Assembly: GCA_034523115.1 (NCBI GenBank)
Contig: JAXHKS010000024.1
Span: 7,846-71,845, forward strand
Source: Flavobacteriaceae bacterium
GTDB taxonomy: Bacteria > Bacteroidota > Bacteroidia > Flavobacteriales > Flavobacteriaceae
DNA length: 64,000 nucleotides
Reading direction: 5' to 3'
Shown: piece after piece, positions 1 to 11,967 of the stretch
Layout: each line of letters opens with the position of its first letter
Position numbering within the stretch: position 1 is the first letter of the stretch
The notes under the pieces: generated by a model
The model's input: only the letters and a program-made list of their open reading frames with translations
What the model was told of the DNA's origin: nothing
Databases searched by the model: none
Made by a program: the position numbers and the translations under genes

Positions 1-420
1 CTCAAGGCATATTCTGCCATGGTCTACTCAACTGATAATTAACTAAAACATTCAAATTTTGTAATTCTCTTTCGAGATAGTGAAAAGTGAATTTTCGCAA
101 TTTTTTTATTCTCTTTCATAGCAATTTTTAAGAACTATTTTATAACGCAGGTATGATTGAATAATTGTTTACAGATGTCGATTTTATGCAAAAATACCTG
201 CTTTCATGGAGGAAATATTGATTTTTTCGTTAAAAAACGGCCAGAAAGTGCTTTATTTTTTTATTATTTATAATTTAAATTTACTGATCCGGAATTGAAT
301 GTCAAGCCAATAAAAATAGATTTAGAGGATATCTTTGGGATAGCAGAAAAGATTATCCGGGCAGTTGATGCACAAATCCAATAAAAAAGACGGATCAATT
401 GGGTCAAAAAAAGGGTAATT

Positions 421-1728
421 TTAATTCATATTTGCCGCGAAGGCCTGCACCTGATCCATCACGCGAAGCAGGTTCAAACCCCAAAGTTTGGCGATGTCTT
501 CTTTGGTATAGCCTCTTTTGACCAATTCAAGCGTCACATTCAAGCTCTCCGATGCATCATTCCAGCCTTGAATTCCTCCGCCGCCATCAAAATCAGAACT
601 GATGCCCACATGGTCTATTCCCATCAGTTTGACCATATAATCGATGTGATCAACAAAATCGGCCACATTTACAGGAGGAAATTTCTTTCTTGCAGCAGCC
701 AGATCTGCCTTGGCCAATTCCCTTATCTTACGAAGGGTTTCATCGTATTTTTATCTGATCCTCCTGCGAGAGCTTTTTTTCAGTCCAGTTCAAAATTGTA
801 AAATTCTGTTGTTGTGCATCAGGTTTTCAGTACCTTATCCTCAGCACCTTTATAGCGCATTATCCTTAACTTTGTTTACATAACCATCAAAATGCTACTG
901 TCTGAACCACTGCCGCCATTTTGTTTGATCAGCAAAAGCGTTTCGTCATCCAGGTTTTCTCGGGTGGTCACACAAGGCCCTGGCGGAAGAATGCGATGCG
1001 ATTACCGGCGCTTTTGATAAGCGGATCATCTCCAAAATAGCTCCTTTTGAGGGGTGTGAGACATCAATCATCATGCCTATCCTGTTCATTTCGGCAACAG
1101 CCTGTTTTCCTAATTCACTTAAACCATTGTTGAAAAGCCATTTCTGGTCCTTTTCACCTGTATTGGAATCACTGAACTGGCTATGTCCCTGATGGGCAAG
1201 CGACATATACCGGCCGCCGAGATCATAAAATTTTTGAATATTGGAAAGATCGGTTCCCAAAGGATAGGCATTCTCTATACCGATCATGGCTACTTTTTTA
1301 CCCGATGCATGAATTCTTATTATATCGGCAGAATTAAGTGCCAACTCAATTTGATCAGGTGCGTATTCCTTAGTAAGTCGTTGAATGGCCTCGAATTTTT
1401 GCATGGCATTCTGGTAGGCCTTTTTGTATCCTGTTTCATCCAGATTCCCCTGTCCGGTAAATACAATAAACCAGGCAACATCCAATCCGCCACTAACCAT
1501 TTTCGGCAAATTCACCTGTGACGACAAACGTTGGGTGTAGTTTCTGTTTTTCTGAAAGTTATTTACATCGATATCGCAATGGGTATCAATGGTAATAACC
1601 TCATTATGAATGATTTTCGCCTTTTCTTTCAAAGCCGTTTCCGGATTTGCACCCTGGGCAAAAAGACCTATATTATTGATTAGTAGAAAAAAAATCAGAA
1701 TTGACTTGAAATACCCGGATATACCCAT
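421..1728 (-). CDS. Secreted membrane dipeptidase (peptidase M19), broken by read errors at ~717-950
   Basis: Signal peptide; IDTHCD, IGIEN, MMIDVSH, IASHS in 946..1728; DHIDY...HVGISSDFDGGG in 421..717; two fragments of one M19 amidohydrolase. Confidence 0.9.
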
Positions 1729-2186
1729 TTTTGTAATTTTAATTTGAAAGCCTAATAATACAAAAAACCAGACATTAATTAGGCCTTAATACAGATAAAC
1801 AGATAAATTCCGGGGAACACCGCCCGTACGCGTCGGCCCCCCCTCCCCTCCCCTCCGCCCCCCCGCGCGGCTCCCCTCCGGGCCCTTCCGGCCGGCTCCC
1901 CTCCCCTTCCCCTAAGTTTGCCTGAAATGCCTGCGGCGGGATAAAACCGGATAGAAGAAAAATTTACAATACTAATCAGGTCTGGGTGGGAATATTTCAA
2001 TAAAGAGATCCAAATCCACCAATTTTGCAGGTAATTACGAATCTGATGACTTCTATTTAAATACGTATTCTTTGCAGGGTCTTAAGGTTTCAATTTTAGG
2101 GATTTAGACTTAAAATCACCCCGATTTTTAGCCCTTGAACATTGTAAAAATTATCAAAATATTTAAGGCTGTTTGCTTTATATAGT

Positions 2187-2194
2187 TACATTTG
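2187..2194 (+). promoter_or_regulatory. Bacteroidota -7 promoter element (TACATTTG) for the leu operon
   Basis: Matches TAnnTTTG, 38 nt upstream of leuC ATG. Confidence 0.6.
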
Positions 2195-2232
2195 CCTGCC
2201 TTAAAAAATGGCTGATAAACTAAAAAGTGAAA

Positions 2233-3629
2233 ATGGGAAAAACATTATTTGATAAAGTCTGGGATGCCCATGTGGTAAAAAAAATTGAGGATGGGCCGGA
2301 TGTAATTTTCATCGATCGCCACTTGATATCATGAAGTAACGCAGTCCGGTAGCTTTCTTGGGACTCAAAACCAGGGGAATACAGGTTTTGTTTCCTGAAA
2401 AGACTTTTGCTACTGCCGATCACAATACACCAACCATCAACCAGCATTTGCCGGTTGCGGACCCTTTGTCTGCAAACCAGTTAAAAGCCCTTGAACAAAA
2501 TGCCCGTGATTATGGAATCCGTCACTGGGGATTGGGACACGAAAACAATGGCATCGTGCATGTGGTTGGACCGGAGAACGGGATTACACTGCCGGGTGCG
2601 ACAATTGTTTGCGGGGATTCTCATACTTCTACACATGGGGCTTTTGGCGCTATTGCTTTTGGAATTGGAACCTCAGAGGTAGAAATGGTGCTTGCCTCAC
2701 AGTGCATTATGCAGCCCAAGGCAAAAAGCATGCTTATAAAGGTAAATGGCAAACTGCAAAAGGGCGTCACCCCAAAAGATGTTGCGCTTTTTATCATTTC
2801 GAAACTATCAACTTCAGGTGCCACAGGATATTTTGTTGAATATGCAGGCGAGGTATTTGAGAGCATGAGCATGGAAGGCCGCATGACCGTGTGTAACCTG
2901 AGTATTGAAATGGGCGCCAGGGGAGGAATGATCGCACCGGATGAAAAGACCTTTGCTTATATAAAAGACAGAACCTTTGCTCCTAAAGGAAAGGAATGGG
3001 ATAAAGCCATGGATTATTGGAAGACCCTGAAAACAGATGAGGATGCCAAATATGATAAGGAATTTGTTTTTGACGCCGCACTTATCGAGCCCATGATCAC
3101 CTATGGAACCAATCCGGGAATGGGTATTGGCATCAGCAAAGATATCCCTGAAGCGGAAATGGTAGAAGGAGGTAAGGTGACCTATATAAAATCCCTGGAT
3201 TATATGGGCTTTCATGAAGGAGAACCCATGCTTGGAAAAAAAATCGACTATGTTTTTGTGGGTAGCTGTACCAACGGAAGAATTGAAGATTTCAGGGCTT
3301 TTGCCTCGGTGGTCAAAGGAAAAAGAAAAGCCAAAGACATTACAGTTTGGCTTGTACCCGGATCGCATAAAGTCGAGGACCAGATCAAAGAAGAAGGAAT
3401 CCTGGATATTTTAACGGAAGCCGGATTTGTGTTGCGTCAGCCCGGCTGTTCGGCCTGTCTGGCTATGAACGACGACAAAGTTCCGGCAGGTAAGTACGCG
3501 GTGAGCACCTCCAACAGAAATTTTGAAGGAAGGCAAGGCCCAGGGTCAAGAACCCTGCTGGCGAGTCCTTTGGTGGCAGCTGCAGCAGCAATAACCGGAA
3601 AAGTGACTGATCCAAGAGAGCTTTTATAA
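2233..3629 (+). CDS. leuC: 3-isopropylmalate dehydratase large subunit (indels near 2325-2345)
   Basis: Starts [15 protein letters not shown] at 2233; [36 protein letters not shown] motifs. Confidence 0.97.
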
Positions 3630-3662
3630 ATCGAGTATCAATAATGAAAATAACAAAAGTTT

Positions 3663-4258
3663 ATGGCTTACGATAAATTTAATGTTTTAAAGAGTACTGC
3701 TTACCCTTTGCCTATTGAAAATGTGGACACGGACCAGATCATTCCGGCCCGTTTCTTAAAGGCTACTGAAAGAGTGGGCTTTGGGGATAATTTATTCCGG
3801 GATTGGCGTTACCATCCCGATGGCTCTTTAAAAAAGGATTTTGTGCTAAATGATCCAAAATACAGCGGCAGAATTCTGGTAGGCGGAAAGAATTTTGGTT
3901 CGGGCTCTTCCAGAGAGCATGCGGCCTGGGCAGTGTATGATTTTGGATTTCGTTGTGTGATATCCAGTTTTTTTGCCGACATTTTTAAAAACAACTGTTT
4001 GAATATAGGTGTGCTTCCTGTACAGGTAAGTGAATCTTTTCTGGACCAGATCTTTGAGCAGATCTACAAAGATCCTTCCACCAGCCTTGAGGTGGATTTG
4101 AATGAGCAAAAAGTAACTTTGCTGCCAACAGGCCAGAGCGAGCAATTTTCGATCAACGGTTATAAAAAATACAACATGCTCAATGGTTTTGATGATATAA
4201 ACTATTACAAAATTTGAAGGCTGAAATCTTGGAATTTTCAAAAACCAGACCTTTTTAA
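3663..4258 (+). CDS. leuD: 3-isopropylmalate dehydratase small subunit (indel near 4200)
   Basis: NVDTDQIIPARFL, NFGSGSSREHA; shifted frame continues ...LKAEILEFSKTRPF to TAA 4256-4258. Confidence 0.95.
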
Positions 4259-4282
4259 AAGGATTATTTATTGTGTAGCCCC

Positions 4283-5805
4283 ATGAGCAAAAGAAAAATA
4301 GAAATAATGGATACCACCCTCCGCGATGGAGAACAGACGAGTGGTGTGTCCTTTACTGCCTCAGAAAAACTGACCATTGCGCAGCTGCTTTTGGAAGAAC
4401 TGAAGGTCAACAGATTGAAATAGCCTCGACAAGGGTTCTCAGAAGGTGAATATCAGGCAGTTAAAAATATTACCGGCTGGGCAGCAAAAAAAGGATTTCT
4501 CGATAGAGTAGAAGTGTTGTCATTTGTTGACGGAGGATTGTCAATTGACTGGATGATTGAAACAGGAGCCAAAGTGCAGAACCTGCTTACCAAAGGGTCT
4601 TTAAACCACCTTATCCACCAGCTCAAGAAAACACCTGAGGAACATTTTGCCGGATCGCCCAGGTCGTGAACCTGGCAGTGGAGAACGGCATTCAAACCAA
4701 TGTGTACCTTGAAGACTGGAGCAATGGAATGAGAAATTCTCCGGACTACGTATATCAGTTTCTTGATTTTTTACAGACGCAGCCGATAAAAAGGATTTTG
4801 CTTCCGGATACACTGGGTGTGCTAAGCCCCAGAGAAACATTTACCTATATTGACGAGATACGCAGGCGCTATCCGAAAGCGCGTTTAGACGTTCATGGGC
4901 ATAATGATTACGATTAACCGTTGCCAATGTAATGGAGGCCCTTTACGCAGGCGCAAACGGCATACACCTCACCATCAACGGGATGGGGGAAAGGGCTGGC
5001 AATGCACCCCTGGCAAGCGTTGTGGCTGTGATCAATGATTTTATGCCAGACCTGGAAACGAAGGTGAATGAAAAGGCATTGTACAAGGTAAGTCGCCTGG
5101 TGGAAACATTTTCGAGTTTTAGAATTCCTGAGAACAAACCAATTCTTGGAGATAATGTATTTACACAAACGGCGGGTATTCATGCAGACGGAGATAATAA
5201 AAAGAATTTGTATTTTAATGACTTATTGCCTGAGCGGTTTGGCAGAAAAAGGAAATATGCCCTGGGGAAAACCTCCGGCAAGGCAAATATTCAGAAAAAT
5301 CTGGAGGAACTGGGTTTGCACCTCAGCGATGCGGATATATTGAAAGTTACCAACCGCATCATTGAGCTGGGCGACAAAAAAGAGGTGGTGAGCACAGAAG
5401 ACCTGCCTTATATTATTTCGGATGTGCTTCACAACAACCAGCTTGAGGAAAGGATCAAGGTGAACTCATCTGTTTTAACGCATTCGAAAGGCTTGCGTCC
5501 TTCCACCACCATCTCCCTGTCGATAGACGAGGAGCATTTTGAGGAAAATTCTCAGGGAGACGGACAGTTCGATGCCTTTATGAAAACACTGCATAAAATT
5601 TATTCCAGGAAAGGCCGCGTTTTGCCAACCCTGATAGATTATGCCGTAAGAATACCGCCCGGATCAAATTCAGATGCCCTATGCGAAACGGTTATAACCT
5701 GGCAACAAAATGACCAGGTATTCAAGACAAGGGGGCTGGATTCTGATCGAGACAGTTTCAGCCATCATTGCAACGCAGAAAATGTTAAATATTATAAAAC
5801 ACTAA
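4283..5805 (+). CDS. cimA: Citramalate synthase (LeuA/CimA family, Leptospira/Bacteroidota type), several indels
   Basis: [10 protein letters not shown] at the start, [34 protein letters not shown]-terminal regulatory domain GDGQFDAF. Confidence 0.85.
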
Positions 5806-6866
5806 ATGAAAATAAATATAGCCTTGTTGGCAGGAGATGGAATTGGCCCTGAAGTTATCGATCAGGCTGTAAAGGTTTGTGATGCCGTAGCCAGAAAATT
5901 TGGGCATGAAATAAAATGGATGCCCGCACTTACAGGTGCTGCAGCCATTGATGCCAGTCAGGAGACCCCTATCCGGACGAAACGCATGAGATCTGCCTGA
6001 AAGCAGATGCAGTTCTGTTTGGTGCCATTGGTCATCCAAAATATGACAACGATCCGGGTGCGAAGGTAAGACCCGAACAGGGTTTGCTCAAAATGCGCAA
6101 AAAACTGGGTCTTTTCGCCAATATCCGCCCTACCTATACCTTTCCCTCACTAATCGATAATTCTCCCTTAAAAAGAGAACGTATAGAAGGCACGGATCTG
6201 GTCTTTCTCAGAGAGCTCACCGGTGGGATCTATTTTGGAGAAAAAGGCAGGACCGATAATGGCAATGTGGCTTTTGACCATTGCGTTTATTCGAGAGATG
6301 AAGTGAAAAGACTGGCCAAAAAAGGATTTGAACTGGCCATGACCAGAAGGAAAAAATTGTGCTGTGTTGATAAGGCCAATGTTTTGGAAACATCAAGGCT
6401 TTGGCGCGAAACAGTGCAGCAGATGGCCAAAGATTATCCGGAAGTGGAAGTGAGCTACGAGTTCGTAGATGCAGTGGCCATGCGCCTTGTGCAATGGCCA
6501 AACAGCTATGACGTGCTGATAACTGAAAATCTTTTTGGGGATATTCTGACGGATGAAGCTTCAGTTATTTCAGGCTCCATGGGCCTGATGCCTTCGGCTT
6601 CCGTTGGAGAGAAAACCTCATTGTATGAACCCATACATGGCTCATATCCGCAGGCAGCGGGAAAAGATATAGCGAACCCGTTGGCCACAGTTTTGTCGGC
6701 CGCCATGATGTTTGAAGATGCTTTCGGACTGGTAAAAGAAGCTGAGGCAATCAGAAATGTGGTCAACAAATCCCTGGCTCTGGGCATTGTAACAGAAGAC
6801 CTTTCCAACAAAGGCAAGGCATATAAAACGAGTGAAGTAGGAAACTGGCTCGCTACAAATTTATAG
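5806..6866 (+). CDS. leuB: 3-isopropylmalate dehydrogenase (indel near 5960)
   Basis: LAGDGIGPEV, RELTGGIYFG, VDKANVL, NLFGDILTDEA, EPIHGS. Confidence 0.97.
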
Positions 6867-6887
6867 TTTTTTACATCCTTTTAACTG

Positions 6888-6928
6888 AACGATCCGGTTT
6901 TTGAAAAGATTATCGGATCGTTTTTTTT
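6888..6928 (+). terminator. Intrinsic terminator after leuB
   Basis: AACGATCCG...CGGATCGTT stem followed by a T8 tract. Confidence 0.8.
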
Positions 6929-7016
6929 GTTAGCTACTGTAAATCAATGGTTAAGCCTGTAAAAAATACAGAGAAATTTTTTTCGAAAAAATTGCGAAAC
7001 AACCTTATCAATAGCC

Positions 7017-7024
7017 TATTTTTG
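7017..7024 (+). promoter_or_regulatory. -7 promoter element (TATTTTTG) for the helicase gene
   Basis: TAnnTTTG match 21 nt upstream of ATG 7046. Confidence 0.55.
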
Positions 7025-7045
7025 TAACTTGGTTTTTCGGAAAAA

Positions 7046-8568
7046 ATGGTATTGACTGAACTTGAAAAAGAAGATAGAAAATTAGGAAAAAAACTTTATG
7101 ATTACCAGCATGGAGCTATTGATAAGATATTTGAACATATCAATACCTATCCTGACAATTATAATTTATTGTACCAGTTGCCTACTGGCGGCGGTAAAAC
7201 CGTAATCTTCTCCGAAATTGCCAGAAAATACATTGCAACTACAGGAAAGAAGGTACTGATACTCACCCATAGAATTGAACTGAGCAAACAAACCTCACAG
7301 ATGCTGATCGAATTTGGTGTTTCCCAACAAGATCATTGACAGCAACGTGAAAGTGGTTAGCAATGACGATAATTACCACTGTTTTGTGGCGATGGTGGAA
7401 ACCCTTAACAACCGCTTAAAAGAAGGGAAGGTTAGTCTTTCAGATATCGGAATGGTGATCGGTGGATGAGGCACATTACAATTCCTTCAGAAAATTGTTT
7501 AAATATTTCGAGGCCTGCTTCATTTTGGGTGTTACAGCCACCCCGCTGAGCTCGAACATACTTTTGCCCATGCACCAGATCTATAAAGATCTGATCGTAG
7601 GGGAAAATATAAGCACACTGATTAAAAACGGATTTCTGTCTGAGGCAGCTACTTATGGCTTCAATGTAAGTTTGACCACTTTAAAAGTTGGAATTAACGG
7701 TGATTACACTGTAAAGTCTTCTGAGGAGCTCTATGTGCAGACTTCCATGCAGCATAAGCTCATAAAGGCCTACGAGCAGGAAGCCCTGGGAACCAAGACA
7801 CTCATATTCAATAACGGCATACAGACATCTCGATATGTTTACGAAACCTTTTTATCAGCGGGTTACAAGATCAAATACATTGACAATACTAATACCAAGG
7901 AAGAAAGAAGAGAAATTTTAAAATGGTTCAAGGAGACGCCTAACGCAATTCTTACTTCAGTGGGGATTCTTACCACGGGTTTTGATGAACCCTCAATTGA
8001 AACCATCATCATCAACCGGGCGACCAAATCTTTGGCCCTTTATTTTCAAATGATAGGCAGGGGCTCAAGGGTTTTTGGCAAAAAGAATACATTTCGCATT
8101 TTAGATCTCGGGAATAACGTTGCAAGGTTTGGTTTATGGACAGATCCCATTGACTGGAAGTATATTTTCAACAATCCGAATATGTTTCTGGAAAGTCTTG
8201 AAAGCGATGAGGAAATTGAAAGTAAATTTTATTATCAGATGCCGGATGAGATAAAAAGCAGGTTTTCGAAGACTGCCATCCTGGGATTTAATATCAAGGA
8301 TGCCTATACGGAGGTAATGAATAACGGAGGAAAATCAAAAATGGCCCTTGAATATTCTATTTCACAGCATGCAAAGATGTGTATAGAGAATGCCGCTAAC
8401 CTGCTTGAAGCCTATGTGCTTTCAGGCTTGTTAAAGGAAGATATCGCTTACCGCATCAAACAGTATTCCTATTGTATCATGAAGAGCTCGGAAAACTACT
8501 TAAAATGGCTGGAAGAGGACTACAACCGCCAGTTAAAGGTTAAAATTGCACAGGATTACAGGCGCTAG
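7046..8568 (+). CDS. SF2 DEAD/DEAH-box helicase (indels near 7320 and 7460)
   Basis: Q-motif YDYQ, Walker A LPTGGGKT, DEAH, GVTATP, TGFDEP, QMIGRGSR. Confidence 0.92.
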
Positions 8569-9377
8569 TATTTTGTCCAGAATTCCCTTTTCTTATTGAG
8601 CTCAGTTTCTGTTTTCTCGTATTCTTCAACCGGAACGACTTTTAAAAATGAAGGGTGTTGCTCAATGGCAAATTCCAGTTTTGTTACGATATCATCCACA
8701 GAATCATTTTCGTAATCAATTTCCATGGGTGGTTTAATCACCAGGGATTGCAGGATTCCGGTTTTCTTCAGAAACAATCCCTTTTTATCAAAGGACCTTC
8801 TGAAACCATCAATTACGATGGGAATAACTATGGGTTTGTTTTTGAGGATGATATGCGCTGTACCCCTTCTGATTGGCTTAAAAGGAGTGGTTGTGCCCTG
8901 TGGAAATGTAATTACCCAACCATCGTCCAGTGCCTTGGTGATATTGGAAATATCGCTCATCTTTACCTGCTTGTTTACATCTTTACCCTTTTCTCTCCAG
9001 GTCCTTTCAATAGAAACGGAACCGATATATTCCATGATCTTGGGTAAGATGCCGGCACGCATGGTTTCCTTGGCAGCAACATAATAAATATTCAGTTTGG
9101 GATTATAGAGATAGCCTATATCCTTTATATTATCAACCCTTCCGCTCAGGGAAGCATTAAAAACATGCATCATGGCGGCTACATCTGCAAAATAGGTCTG
9201 GTGGTTGGAGACGAACAACACGTTAGTGGGAGGAAGATCGCGAATTATTTCAGATCCGTCTATTTGAAGTTCATTAAATCCACGATACCTTCTGTGTGAT
9301 ATCAAACCTAAAATCTGAATAAGTTTTTTCTTGATGAACAAACTCTTTCCAAATACATCTTTCTTAAACAACTTCAT
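8565..9377 (-). CDS. Lysophospholipid/1-acylglycerol-3-phosphate acyltransferase family protein
   Basis: SNHQTYFAD (HxxxxD) and ITFPQGT motifs; its stop overlaps the helicase stop on CTAG 8565-8568. Confidence 0.9.
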   Translation of the reverse strand: MKLFKKDVFGKSLFIKKKLIQILGLISHRRYRGFNELQIDGSEIIRDLPPTNVLFVSNHQTYFADVAAMMHVFNASLSGRVDNIKDIGYLYNPKLNIYYVAAKETMRAGILPKIMEYIGSVSIERTWREKGKDVNKQVKMSDISNITKALDDGWVITFPQGTTTPFKPIRRGTAHIILKNKPIVIPIVIDGFRRSFDKKGLFLKKTGILQSLVIKPPMEIDYENDSVDDIVTKLEFAIEQHPSFLKVVPVEEYEKTETELNKKREFWTKY

Positions 9378-9417
9378 CTTTCCTTAATTGGTCGGCAAAA
9401 ATAAATATTTTTGCGGA

Positions 9418-10047
9418 TTATATAGAATTTAATAAATCTTTTATTTCACTTAATATCATGGCAGTAGCCCCAGACTATATGGTTATTGAGCTGAAAGCAG
9501 GGTATATTTATCTCTTCCATGTAGCTTGTCGACATCCTTTTTGTGGTCAATGACCGGTCATTTAACAGCTCACTTACCGGAATTTCCAGAATTTCTTCCA
9601 CTTCATGGTTCTTTTTAAATTCTGGTTTAAAGGGAACTGTGGCTAAAAAAGTATGCACCAGAAAATTGCTCGGTGGTATGTAGGTATTTGTGATTTGTCT
9701 GATCAAATTGACATCTTTTTGGTTTATACCGGTTTCTTCATACGTTTCACGCAGCGCTGTGAAAGCCATGTCGATATCATTTTTTTCCATTTTACCACCT
9801 GGAAAACTGATCTGATCGGCATGTACCCCTTATAGGAGGCTCGTAAAGTTAATAAAAAAGTGGTATTGTGGAACTTGTCCGGATAAAAAAGAGCAAGAAC
9901 AGCAGCCGATTTTGGCCGTCTGAGATGAATTTCCTCCTGACTAAGTACTGGCCGGCCTTCGGGTATCATTTTAAGTTGTGAACTCAGCCCTCCAAGAGAT
10001 ACTTCTGATAATTTCTGTACATTTTGCTCAAAAAAGCGATAGTCCAT
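9418..10047 (-). CDS. NUDIX hydrolase, CoA pyrophosphatase type (indels)
   Basis: SAAVLALFYP, QISFPGGK...ALRETYEETG Nudix box, YIPPSNF, C-terminal IVWG..AMILSE. Confidence 0.88.
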
Positions 10048-10170
10048 TAAAAAGCGTATTTTTGTAATACCCAAATGTACTAAAAAATAGAAAAATCGGG
10101 CAAAGATCTTCCTGAAATCCTATGATCTATAAATCTAATACGACTGTAAAAAACAAATAAAATTAAGCAT

Positions 10171-11313
10171 ATGAAAATAGGAATTGTTTGTTATCCTACC
10201 TACGGTGGAAGCGGTGTTTTGGCAACAGAGTTAGGGATAGGCCTCTCAAAAAAGGGCCATGAAATCCATTTTATTACCACCCATCAACCGGTTAGACTGG
10301 AATTCCTGAGTGCAAATCTGTTTTTCCATGAAGTTTTTGTTGAGGAGTATCCCTTGTTTCATTACCAGCCCTATGAACTGGCACTGTCAAGCAAGCTTTT
10401 TGAAACGGTCATAAAATACAATCTGGAGATCCTTCATGTTCATTACGCCATACCGCATGCGTATGCTGCCTATATGACAAAACAGATGTTAAAACAAAAG
10501 GGTATTAATATTCCCATTGTCACTACACTGCACGGTACTGATATTACTCTGGTGGGCAGCCATCCGGTTTACAAGAATGCAGTGGAGTTCAGTATAAATA
10601 ATTCTGATGTTGTGACTACGGTTTCCAAAAGCCTGAGAGATGATACCATAAGGTTGTTCAATATAGAAAAGGAGGTCAGGGTGATCTATAACTTCATTGA
10701 CTTTGATCACCGTAAAGATTTGAATGAAATGGATTGTATTCGTGGGACGCTGGCTGCTGCCGACGAAAGGATTATTTCACATATCAGCAATTTCAGACCT
10801 GTAAAAAGAATTAAGGACATTATCACCATCTTCGAAAAGATACAGCAGAAGGTCAAATCCAAATTGATTCTGGTGGGTGAAGGCCCCGAGAAGGAAGGCG
10901 CTGTCATGTACGCCAAAGAAATAGGCGTAAAGGATAAGATTCTTTTCCTGGGCAACAGTGATGAAATCCATAAAATACTCTGTCATTCAGATCTTTTTCT
11001 TTTGCCTTCCCAAACAGAAAGTTTCGGTTTGGCTGCGCTGGAAGCAATGGCCGTGAGAACCCCTGTGATCTCTACCAATTCCGGCGGATTGCCCGAAGTG
11101 AATGTACAGGGAGTCACAGGCTTTTTAAGCAATGTGGGCGATTGTGAAGAAATGGCTAAAAATGCCATTTACATATTGGAGGATGAGAAGAGACTGGAGG
11201 AATTTAAAGAAAATGCGTATCGGAATGCACAGCGGTTTTCAATTGAAAAGATCCTTCCGCAGTATGAAGCCGTTTACGCCACTGCACTTTCAGGTATTCA
11301 GGCCTTGATTTGA
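10171..11313 (+). CDS. bshA: N-acetyl-alpha-D-glucosaminyl L-malate synthase (bacillithiol synthesis)
   Basis: MKIGIVCYPTYGGSGVLATELG, HVHYAIPHA, TLHGTDITLVG, HISNFRPVKR, ESFGLAALEAM. Confidence 0.95.
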   Translation: MKIGIVCYPTYGGSGVLATELGIGLSKKGHEIHFITTHQPVRLEFLSANLFFHEVFVEEYPLFHYQPYELALSSKLFETVIKYNLEILHVHYAIPHAYAAYMTKQMLKQKGINIPIVTTLHGTDITLVGSHPVYKNAVEFSINNSDVVTTVSKSLRDDTIRLFNIEKEVRVIYNFIDFDHRKDLNEMDCIRGTLAAADERIISHISNFRPVKRIKDIITIFEKIQQKVKSKLILVGEGPEKEGAVMYAKEIGVKDKILFLGNSDEIHKILCHSDLFLLPSQTESFGLAALEAMAVRTPVISTNSGGLPEVNVQGVTGFLSNVGDCEEMAKNAIYILEDEKRLEEFKENAYRNAQRFSIEKILPQYEAVYATALSGIQALI

Positions 11314-11316
11314 GTT

Positions 11317-11961
11317 TCAGAACAGATCGAGTTGCGGTGATGCCGGAAAAATTCTTTTTGCCACAAGTGCCGGGGATAAAGTTTTAAAGTTTTCCAGCGG
11401 TGCCTGCTGCAGCCAGTGCTTTTCACTTTCCTGTGTAAGTATAACCGGCATTCTTTTTTTAGTGTTATGGATCTCACTCATCAGGCTGTCTGCCTGTGTC
11501 GTTAGAACAGCAAAGGTATGTATCTCCAAGGCTTGAACCGGATCTTTCCACAGAGACCAGATCCCGGCAAAGGAGAACAGACTTTCATCTTTTAATCCGA
11601 TCTCGTATTTTTCTTTAAACTTTCCCTTGGAATCCAGCCATTTCCATTCGTAAAAACCGTTTGCCGGAATCAGACACCTGTTTTCGGTAAATTCTCTGAA
11701 TGAGGCTTTTGTTTCCAGTGTTTCTATTCTTGCATTCAGGGTGTATTTTTTAATTGTATCGTCTTCAGACCAATTTGGAATTAATCCCCAACTGAAAAAA
11801 TCAAGCGCAGACGGATTGGCAGAACAAATAACCGGGAGCTGCGGAAAATCAAAGGCCTTGATTTCATTATTTGGAACATAACGGCTTTTATCAATGAAGG
11901 TAGCTTTAAATCTGCTCTCAATTTCTTCCGCTTTTTTTGTGAGTTTGGAGTAGAAACACAT
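11317..11961 (-). CDS. SOS response-associated peptidase (SRAP/HMCES/YedK family)
   Basis: N-terminal Cys2, WGLIP, NARIET, RCLIPANGFYEW, IH...RMPVIL. Confidence 0.93.
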   Translation of the reverse strand: MCFYSKLTKKAEEIESRFKATFIDKSRYVPNNEIKAFDFPQLPVICSANPSALDFFSWGLIPNWSEDDTIKKYTLNARIETLETKASFREFTENRCLIPANGFYEWKWLDSKGKFKEKYEIGLKDESLFSFAGIWSLWKDPVQALEIHTFAVLTTQADSLMSEIHNTKKRMPVILTQESEKHWLQQAPLENFKTLSPALVAKRIFPASPQLDLF

Positions 11962-11967
11962 ACTTTA

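Noticed and set aside
1-20. Possible minus-strand gene start (MAEYAL...) running off the left edge
   Set aside because: Only six codons are visible; not enough to call.
1811-1940. C-rich GC patch upstream of leuC (G-quadruplex, attenuator or the 73-aa Gly/Arg ORF)
   Set aside because: Abrupt low-complexity run in AT-rich DNA, typical of basecalling failure; no Leu-codon leader peptide or terminator/antiterminator pair is recognisable.
2814-3368. Long antisense or overlapping ORFs (e.g. 2814-3368, 27639-28217, 34148-34594, 57898-58380)
   Set aside because: Shadows of well-supported genes on the other strand, with no motifs or expression signals of their own.
7046-8568. SF2 helicase as part of a restriction or anti-phage system
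   Set aside because: No adjacent methylase, nuclease or other defence gene; flanked by housekeeping genes.
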